Source: Myxococcota bacterium (GTDB taxonomy: Bacteria > Myxococcota_A > UBA796 > UBA2385). Taken from it: a stretch of DNA of 64,000 nucleotides. The translations under genes were made by a program, and so were the position numbers. Where the stretch lies: positions 1-64,000 of the forward strand of contig JBIJDH010000002.1 of NCBI GenBank assembly GCA_044344255.1. The letters run 5' to 3'. Below the pieces are notes generated by a model. The model was not told the DNA's origin and did no database searches. It was given only the letters and a program-made list of their open reading frames with translations. Below, one piece after another: positions 57,213 through 64,000 of the stretch (its first letter is position 1; each line of letters starts with the position of its first letter).

Positions 57213-59576
57213 ATGGACCTCTCCACCCGCAGCCTCGCCGCCCTCGACTGGCCGGTGCTCCTCGACCGCCTGTCTCGCCACGCCCGCACCCACAGGGGGC
57301 GTGAGGCGGCGCTTCGGCTGGGCCTCGTCGGCACCGCGGTCGCCGCCCGCCTGCTCTACGACGCCGTCGCCGAGGTCTGGGCCCTCGATGAGGCGGGGCA
57401 CGCCATCCCCGTCGGCGCCGTGCTCGACGTCGAGACGCCGCTCCGCCGCGCCGCCCGGGGCCTCGGCCTCGACAGCGTCGAGCTCCGCGACGTCGGCAGC
57501 TCGCTCGTCGCCCTCGACACCCTCCGCAAGTGGGTCGACGAGCGCGCTGACCTCGCCCCGCGGATCCGCGATCTCGCGCAGCCGATCCAGGTCGACGCCG
57601 AGCTCAAGGAGACCCTCGCCGAGTCCTTTGACGCCACCGGCGAGCTCTCCGCCGAGCGGTACCCCGAGCTCGGCGACTACCGCGAGAAGATCCGCAACCT
57701 GAAGGAGCGCATCCGGGCCGTCCTCGAAGACATGGTCAAGGGCGATGCCCTCGGAGACGCCCTCCAAGACCGCTTCGTCACCGACCGCGGCGGGCGCTTC
57801 GTCGTCCCGGTCAAGGCCGGCTTCCGGCGCGGCCTCGGCATCGTGCACGGCACCTCGCAGTCCGGAGAGACCGTCTACGTCGAGCCCGCCGAGGTGGTCG
57901 AGCGCACCAACGAGATGAAGGAGGCCGAGGCGGCGCTGGCCCGCGAGGAGCGGCGCATCTTGACGATGCTGTCGCGGCTCGTCGGCCACCACGCCCCCAC
58001 CGTGCTCCCCGCCCTCGAGGCCGCCGTCGAGATCGACCTCGCCGTCGCCCGCGCTGGCCTCGGCACCGAGCTCCGCGCCGTCATCCCCAAGGTGGGCGAG
58101 GGGGGCGTGGTGCTGCTGCGGGAGGCCCGCCACCCCGTGCTCCAGCTCCGCGGCGTGGCCGTGGTGGCCAATGACCTCGGCATCGACAGCAAGCGCCTCG
58201 GGCTCATCCTCACCGGCCCGAACACGGGCGGGAAGACGGTGGCCCTCAAGACCATCGGCCTCGCCACCCTGATGGTGCGGGCGGGCCTGCCCGTGCCGGC
58301 CGCCGAGGGGAGCCGGGTCGACCTCTTCGATCAGGTCCTCGCCGACGTCGGCGACACCCAGACGGTCGAGGGAGATCTGTCCACCTTCTCGGGCCACCTG
58401 CTCGTGCTGCGGCAGATGTTGGAGCGCGCGAGCCCCACCTCGCTCATCCTCCTCGACGAGATCGGCATGGGCACCGATCCTGCGCAGGGGGCGGCCCTGG
58501 CGCGGGCGGTGATCGAGGGCCTCGTCGATCGCGGGGCGCGGGTCGTGGTCACCACCCACTTCGCGCAGCTCAAGGGCCTCGCCGCTGCTGACGAGCGCTT
58601 CGCGGTGGCCGCCGTCCAGTACGCCGACGGGCGGCCCACCTACCGGCTCGAGGCAGGCTTCGCTGGCCAGTCCCACGCCTTCGCCATCGCCCGCCGCATG
58701 CTCCTCCCCGAGGCCGTCGTCGATCGGGCCCGCGATGTGCTGGGGGCCGGCGAGCGAGAGCTGGCCGACCTCATGGAGCAGCTCGATGACGAGCGCGCCC
58801 TCCTCCGCGCGCAGCAGCAGGCGCTGGTCGACCGCCAGCGCCGCCTCGAAGACCAGGTGCGCGAGGCCCGTGTGCAGACCGAGAAGCTCGAGGAGCGGCG
58901 ACGTAAGCTCGAGACGGAGGTGGCGGCCGGCTTCGAGAGGCGAATGAAGGAGAAGGAGGCCATCGTCCGCGGCCTCATCTCCGCCCTCCAGGAGAACCCG
59001 AACCTCAAGCTCGCCGGCCGCTCCCTCGACAAGATCCGCGATCTGCGCGGCGAGGTGGCCGAGACCATGGCCCCCGTCGTGCTGCCCCCGCCGCCGCCCC
59101 CGGCGGGCATCGCGGTCGGTGACATCGTGATGGTGCGCACCTTCGGCAAGAAGGGCCGGGTCAGCGCCGTCCTCTCGGGCGACCGCTTCGAGGTCGAGAT
59201 CGGCACCCTCAAGATGAAGGTGGGCCGCGCCGACCTCGGCGAGGGCCCGCCGCGCCCGCCCGCGCCGCCGCCCCTGGCCCCGCCGCCGCCTGACCCCCGG
59301 GGGGCCGAGAAGATGGTGGCCAAGGTGCGCACGTCCACCAACACGGCGGATCTGCGCGGCCTTCGCGTCGAGGAGGCGATCGACACCATCACCACCTTCC
59401 TCGACGCCCAGATCAGCCACGGGGAGGGCCTCGCCTTCCTGCTCCACGGCCATGGCACCGGCGCCCTCAAGACGGCGGTGCGCGAGCACCTGCCCCGCTG
59501 TCGTTACGTCAAGAAGTGGCGCGCCGCCGAGCCCAGCGAGGGGGGTGACGCTTACACCCTCGTCGAGCTGGGCTGA
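57213..59576 (+). CDS. mutS2: MutS2 (MutS ATPase, coiled coil, KOW and Smr domains)
   Basis: GPNTGGKT, STFSGH, DEIGMGTDP, TTH, and Smr DLRG...HGHGTG motifs. No mismatch-binding domain. Confidence 0.93.
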   Translation: MDLSTRSLAALDWPVLLDRLSRHARTHRGREAALRLGLVGTAVAARLLYDAVAEVWALDEAGHAIPVGAVLDVETPLRRAARGLGLDSVELRDVGSSLVALDTLRKWVDERADLAPRIRDLAQPIQVDAELKETLAESFDATGELSAERYPELGDYREKIRNLKERIRAVLEDMVKGDALGDALQDRFVTDRGGRFVVPVKAGFRRGLGIVHGTSQSGETVYVEPAEVVERTNEMKEAEAALAREERRILTMLSRLVGHHAPTVLPALEAAVEIDLAVARAGLGTELRAVIPKVGEGGVVLLREARHPVLQLRGVAVVANDLGIDSKRLGLILTGPNTGGKTVALKTIGLATLMVRAGLPVPAAEGSRVDLFDQVLADVGDTQTVEGDLSTFSGHLLVLRQMLERASPTSLILLDEIGMGTDPAQGAALARAVIEGLVDRGARVVVTTHFAQLKGLAAADERFAVAAVQYADGRPTYRLEAGFAGQSHAFAIARRMLLPEAVVDRARDVLGAGERELADLMEQLDDERALLRAQQQALVDRQRRLEDQVREARVQTEKLEERRRKLETEVAAGFERRMKEKEAIVRGLISALQENPNLKLAGRSLDKIRDLRGEVAETMAPVVLPPPPPPAGIAVGDIVMVRTFGKKGRVSAVLSGDRFEVEIGTLKMKVGRADLGEGPPRPPAPPPLAPPPPDPRGAEKMVAKVRTSTNTADLRGLRVEEAIDTITTFLDAQISHGEGLAFLLHGHGTGALKTAVREHLPRCRYVKKWRAAEPSEGGDAYTLVELG

Positions 59577-59578
59577 GG

Positions 59579-60676
59579 GTGCGGCGCTCGCTTGCGGCCC
59601 TCGGCGCCCTCGTCGCCCTCGACCTCGGCCTCCTCTTCGTCTCGGGCGGCGGGGCTGGCGAGCTCGAGGCCGCCGGCCCCAAGGTGGGCCTCGTCTTTGA
59701 CGTGGGCGGGCGCGGCGACAAGAGCTTTAACGACCTCGCCTACGCCGGCCTCGAGCGGGCGCGCACAGAGCTCGGGATGGCGGTGCAGTATGTCGAGCCC
59801 GGTGAGGGGGCCGACCGCGAGAGCGCGCTGCGGATGCTGGCGGCCGAGGGTTACGCCCTCGTGGTGGGCGTGGGCTTCATCTTCACCGACGACGTCACGC
59901 TGGTCGCCGCCGACTACCCCGGGACCTCCTTCGCCTGCGTCGACTACGCGCTGCGCACCGGGCCGGACGGGGCGGTGATCCCGCCGCCCGAGAACGTGGC
60001 CGCCCTCAAGTTCCGCGAGGAGGAGGGCTCCTTCCTCGTGGGGGCCCTGGCCGGCCTGAAGACCGGCACCCAGGCGGTGGGCTTCGTGGGCGGCATGGAC
60101 ATCCCGCTCATCCGGAAGTTCGAGGCGGGCTATCGGGCGGGGGTGGGAGAGGTCTGCCCGGACTGTCGGGTGGTCGGCCAGTACGCCGGGGTCACCGGCG
60201 CGGCCTTCAAAGACCCGGGCAAGGGCAAGGAGCTGGCCCTCGCCCAGTATGGCGACGGGGTCGACATCATCTTCCACGCCTCCGGCTCGACCGGCCTCGG
60301 CGTCTTCGAGGCGGCGCGGGAGACGGGCCACCTCGCGATCGGCGTCGACGCCGACCAGTCGGGGGAGGCGCCGGGCTCGATCCTCACGAGCATGGTCAAG
60401 GGGGTGGACGTCGCCGTCTTCACCCTCGCCGCCGAGGTGAAGGAGGGCCGCTTCGCCGGCGGGGTGCGCAGCTTCGGCCTCGCCGAGGCGGGGGTGGGCT
60501 GGGTGCACGACACGAACAACGCCGCGCTCCTCCCCGCCGGGGCGGTCGAGCGCCTGGACGCGCTGTCGGCGCAGATCGTGAGCGGCGCCATCCGCGTGCC
60601 CACCACCGTGGAGGCGGCCGCGGCTCCGGCTCCGGCCCCGGCCCCCGCTCCGCTGCGCGCCCCAGGTGCGCCGTGA
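59579..60676 (+). CDS. BMP-family ABC transporter substrate-binding protein (nucleoside-type)
   Basis: GGRGDKSFND, FREEEGSFLVG, GFVGGM and AIGVDADQ motifs. Confidence 0.92.
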   Translation: MRRSLAALGALVALDLGLLFVSGGGAGELEAAGPKVGLVFDVGGRGDKSFNDLAYAGLERARTELGMAVQYVEPGEGADRESALRMLAAEGYALVVGVGFIFTDDVTLVAADYPGTSFACVDYALRTGPDGAVIPPPENVAALKFREEEGSFLVGALAGLKTGTQAVGFVGGMDIPLIRKFEAGYRAGVGEVCPDCRVVGQYAGVTGAAFKDPGKGKELALAQYGDGVDIIFHASGSTGLGVFEAARETGHLAIGVDADQSGEAPGSILTSMVKGVDVAVFTLAAEVKEGRFAGGVRSFGLAEAGVGWVHDTNNAALLPAGAVERLDALSAQIVSGAIRVPTTVEAAAAPAPAPAPAPLRAPGAP

Positions 60677-62205
60677 AGGCCGTCGTGCTCGAGGGCATCG
60701 GCCGGCGCTACGGGGCCGTCGAGGCCAACCGCGGGGTGAGCCTGTCGGTGGAGGCGGGCACGGTTCACGCCATCGTGGGGGAGAACGGCGCGGGGAAGTC
60801 GACGCTGATGCGGATCCTGGCCGGCGTCGAGCGCGCCGACGCTGGCACGGTGCAGATCCTCGGCCAGCCGCTCACCCGGCCCGACCCGCTCCTCGCGACC
60901 CGCCTCGGCCTCGGGATGGTCCACCAGCACTTCAAGCTCGTCGAGACCTTCACCGTCGCCGAGAACCTCGTGCTCGGCCACGAGCCGCTCCGGGGCGGGC
61001 TGCTCGACCGCGCCGCCGCCGCCCAGGCCGTCCTGGCCCTCTCCACGGCCTGGGGGCTGCCCGTGCGCCCTGACGCGCGGGTGGAGGACCTGTCGGTCGG
61101 TGAGAAGCAGCGGGTCGAGATCCTGCGCGTGCTCTACCAGGGGGCGCGGGTGCTCGTGCTCGACGAGCCCACCGCCGTGCTCGCCCCGCCCGAGGTGCGC
61201 CGCCTGCTCGAGATGTTGCGGCGCTTCGTCGAAGATCCGGCCTCGCCCCGCACGGTGCTCCTCGTCACCCACAAGCTCGACGAGGTGATGGCCGTGGCCG
61301 ACCGTGTCACCGTGATGCGGCGCGGCGAGGTGGTGGCCGAGCTCGCCGCCCAGGAGACCACCCCCGCCGCCCTCGCCCACGCGATGGTCGGCCGGCCCGT
61401 CGAGCTCACCCGCCCGCTCGCGCCGCGCCCGCCGGTGACCGCGCCGCCCCTGCTCACCCTCGAGGGCGTCGGCCTCGTGGCGGGGGGCCGGGTCCTCCTC
61501 GAGGGCCTCGACCTCACGCTGCGGCCGGGCGAGATCCTCGGCGTGGCGGGGGTCATGGGCAACGGTCAGTCCGAGCTGCTCGAGATCGTGGCGGGCCTCC
61601 GGCGCGCGACCTCGGGGGCCCTTCGACTTGCGGGCGCGGACCTCCAGCCCCTCTCCGTGGCCGAGCGCCTCGCCGCCGGCATCGCCCACGTGCCCGAAGA
61701 CCGCGGTGAGCGCGGCCTCGTGATGCCCTTCTCGATCGAGGAGAACCTCGCGCTCGGGGCGCTGGACCGCTTCAGCGGGAGGTGGTCGATCCACCGCGCG
61801 GCGCTGCGCCAGCACGCGCTCCAGCTCCTCGCCCGCTTCGACGTGCGGCCCCCCGATCCCACCGTCCCCGCCGGCGCGCTCTCCGGCGGCAACGCCCAGA
61901 AGGTGGTGATGGGCCGGGAGATCAGCCGCTCGCCGCGGCTGCTGCTCTGCGGGCAGCCCACCCGCGGCGTCGACATCGGCGCCGTCGAGCTCATCCACCG
62001 CGAGCTCCGCCAGCTCCGCGACCAGGGCGTGGCCATCCTCCTCGTCTCGGCCGACCTCTCCGAGCTCCGCGCCCTCTCCGACCGGCTGATCGTGCTGCAC
62101 CGGGGCCGGGTGAGCGGGCGCCTCGACGCCGCCGAGGCCACCCCCGAGCGCCTCGGCGAGCTCATGACCGGCCTCCACGTCGAAGGCGAGGGCGCCGCCC
62201 GATGA
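60673..62205 (+). CDS. ABC transporter ATP-binding protein (two-NBD sugar/nucleoside type)
   Basis: GENGAGKST, MVHQHF, LDEPT, VPEDR, LSGGNAQK and QPTRGVD motifs. Confidence 0.93.
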   Translation: MKAVVLEGIGRRYGAVEANRGVSLSVEAGTVHAIVGENGAGKSTLMRILAGVERADAGTVQILGQPLTRPDPLLATRLGLGMVHQHFKLVETFTVAENLVLGHEPLRGGLLDRAAAAQAVLALSTAWGLPVRPDARVEDLSVGEKQRVEILRVLYQGARVLVLDEPTAVLAPPEVRRLLEMLRRFVEDPASPRTVLLVTHKLDEVMAVADRVTVMRRGEVVAELAAQETTPAALAHAMVGRPVELTRPLAPRPPVTAPPLLTLEGVGLVAGGRVLLEGLDLTLRPGEILGVAGVMGNGQSELLEIVAGLRRATSGALRLAGADLQPLSVAERLAAGIAHVPEDRGERGLVMPFSIEENLALGALDRFSGRWSIHRAALRQHALQLLARFDVRPPDPTVPAGALSGGNAQKVVMGREISRSPRLLLCGQPTRGVDIGAVELIHRELRQLRDQGVAILLVSADLSELRALSDRLIVLHRGRVSGRLDAAEATPERLGELMTGLHVEGEGAAR

Positions 62206-63236
62206 CCACTCGCCTCCGCGCCGCCCTCGCGCCCCTCCTGCCGGCCGCCCTGGCCCTGGCCTTCGCCGTCGCGGTGGGAGAGCTGCTGGTGCTCGTCGCC
62301 GGCGCCGCCCCGCGTGAGGTCGCCCACGCCCTCTTCGCCGGCACCTGGGGCAACCCCTATGGGCTCGGGCAGGTGCTCTTCAAGGCCACCCCGCTCGTGC
62401 TCACCGGCCTCGCCGTCGCGCTGCCCTACCGGGCCGGCCTCTTCAACATCGGCGCCGAGGGCCAGGTGGTGCTCGGCTCGCTCGCGGCCGGCCTCCTCGG
62501 GGCGGCCCTGCCCGCCGCCACCCCCGGCCTCCTCGCCGTCCCGCTCTGCGCGCTCGCGGCCTTCGGGGTCGGCGGGGCCTGGGGGGCCCTGCCGGGGTGG
62601 TTGAAGGCCCGCTTCGGCGCCCACGAGGTGATCGTCTCGATCATGCTCAATTTCGTGGGGGTGGCCCTCGCGAACTGGCTGGTGGCGGGCTTCTTCGCCG
62701 AGCCCGAGACCCTGCACACCGCGCCGGTGGTGGCCGGCGCCCGCCTCTCCCGCTTGGGGGAGTGGCTGCCGAGCTTGCGGGGGAGCGCGGTCAACAGCGC
62801 GCTCTTGCTGGTGCCGCTGCTCGTCCTCGCGGCCCATTGGCTCATCCACCGAACCCCCTTCGGCCACCGCCTGCGCTCGGTAGGCCTCGGGGTGGGCGCG
62901 GCGGAGGCGAGCGGGGTCTCGACGGGGCGGGTGACCGTGCTCTCGATGGCCCTCGGCGGCGGGCTCGCGGGCCTCGTCGGGGTGAACTTCGTGCAGGGCT
63001 ACAAGGGCTACTTCGAGGACGGCTCGTCGGGCGGGGTGGGCTTCATGGGCATCGCGGTGGCCATGCTCGCCCGGGCTGAGCCCCTGGCCATCGTGCCGGC
63101 CGCCCTCCTCTTCGCCACTTTGTCGCAGGGGGGGCTCGCCATCAACGCCCTCGTGCCGAAGGAGCTGGTCGATGTGCTCGTGGCGGTCGTCGTGCTCGTC
63201 GTCGCCGCCAGTCGCGCCGCAGGGAGGCGCCCGTGA
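62202..63236 (+). CDS. ABC transporter permease (nucleoside-type)
   Basis: GLFNIGAEGQ, EVIVSIMLN and GFMGIAVA motifs. Confidence 0.9.
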   Translation: MTTRLRAALAPLLPAALALAFAVAVGELLVLVAGAAPREVAHALFAGTWGNPYGLGQVLFKATPLVLTGLAVALPYRAGLFNIGAEGQVVLGSLAAGLLGAALPAATPGLLAVPLCALAAFGVGGAWGALPGWLKARFGAHEVIVSIMLNFVGVALANWLVAGFFAEPETLHTAPVVAGARLSRLGEWLPSLRGSAVNSALLLVPLLVLAAHWLIHRTPFGHRLRSVGLGVGAAEASGVSTGRVTVLSMALGGGLAGLVGVNFVQGYKGYFEDGSSGGVGFMGIAVAMLARAEPLAIVPAALLFATLSQGGLAINALVPKELVDVLVAVVVLVVAASRAAGRRP

Positions 63237-64000
63237 GCGTGGTGACCTCGCTCGTGTTCCTCGTCTCGGTGCTGCGCATCGGCGTCCCCTACGTGCTCGC
63301 CGCCCTCGGCGGGACGGCCTCCGAGCGGGGCGGGGTGGTCAACATCGCCCTCGAGGGCATGCTGCTCACCGGCGCCTTCGGCTACGTGCTCGCCGCCCAC
63401 CTCACGGGCAGCCCCTGGCTCGGCCTGCTGGGCGGCCTGCTCGGCGGTGAGCTCGTGGCGCTGCTCCTGATCGTCGCTGTGGTGCGCCTCCGCGCCGACG
63501 CCATCGTCACCGGGGTCGCGCTGAACCTGCTCGCCGCCGCCGGCACGCGCTTCTGCCTCAAGCTCATCTGGGACTCCTCCTCCAACTCGGGGCGGGTGGA
63601 GGGCTTCCCCACGGCCCCCGGCGCCCTCGGCGGGCTGCTCCTGCAGCCGGTCTTCCTCCTCACCCTCGCGCTCGTCGGCCTCGCGCCGCTGCTGCTCTTC
63701 CGCACCCGCTTCGGGCTCCGCCTGCGGGCCTGCGGCGAGCACCCCGAGGCGGCGGCCTCCCAGGGCGTGTCAGTCGCGCGCACCCGCAGCGCGGGCGTGC
63801 TGCTCTCGGGCCTGCTCGCCGGCCTCGGCGGGGTCTGGCTGGCCGCCGAGCAGCACCAGTTCTCGGACGGCATGAGCGCGGGCCGCGGCTACATCGCCCT
63901 CGCCGCGATGATCACCGGCAAGTGGCACCCGCTCGGGGCGGCGGCGGCCTGCCTGCTCTTCGCGGGGGCGGAGGCGGCCCAGATCGCGCTCCAGGGGCAG
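63233..64000 (+). CDS. Second ABC transporter permease, 3'-truncated by the window edge
   Basis: GTG 63233 overlaps the previous stop. SERGGVVNIALEGMLL, GLRLRACGEHP and GRGYIALAA motifs. Confidence 0.9.
   Translation, partial: MSVVTSLVFLVSVLRIGVPYVLAALGGTASERGGVVNIALEGMLLTGAFGYVLAAHLTGSPWLGLLGGLLGGELVALLLIVAVVRLRADAIVTGVALNLLAAAGTRFCLKLIWDSSSNSGRVEGFPTAPGALGGLLLQPVFLLTLALVGLAPLLLFRTRFGLRLRACGEHPEAAASQGVSVARTRSAGVLLSGLLAGLGGVWLAAEQHQFSDGMSAGRGYIALAAMITGKWHPLGAAAACLLFAGAEAAQIALQGQ

Overview
GC-rich (roughly 70% by eye) bacterial chromosomal segment. It most resembles Myxococcota-type deltaproteobacteria, judging by a MYXO-CTERM sorting signal, an AgmX/PglI-type C-terminal domain, and many Asp/Cys-rich repeat lipoproteins. 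From left to right: the 3' end of a probable large serine recombinase reading antisense into tRNA-Asn(GTT), likely the edge of an integrated element; an M43-type metalloprotease lipoprotein with two paralogous small secreted proteins; an orphan Wzi-like protein; an Ig-like/YfaP-type lipoprotein; a sigma-54-driven SQR-like flavoprotein apparently lacking both catalytic Cys; a double-length UvrA; a TonB-C/AgmX-like protein; a 2074-aa FG-GAP/repeat surface protein; a three-gene HK-RR-hybrid HK cassette; and an unusual type II FAS/PKS-like cluster (one active KS, two inactive KS-like subunits, an AcpXL-like ACP, an acyl-ACP-reductase-like enzyme and an embedded membrane Ser/Thr kinase) coupled to miaB. 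Next comes a rearranged str-S10 ribosomal protein operon that lacks fusA, rplC and rpsQ. It has a ~280-nt multi-hairpin spacer where fusA normally lies, and its L29 carries a ~58-aa tail with an amphipathic MinD-MTS-like motif. The rest holds an ABC exporter pair, a divergent EF-G paralog, carA, frmA-fghA, a second FG-GAP repeat lipoprotein, a hydrolase, a GNAT-like protein, a PLP fold-III enzyme, mutS2 and a BMP-family ABC importer that runs off the window. No CRISPR array, rRNA or transposase was seen. All calls come from motif reading only; no database searches were run.
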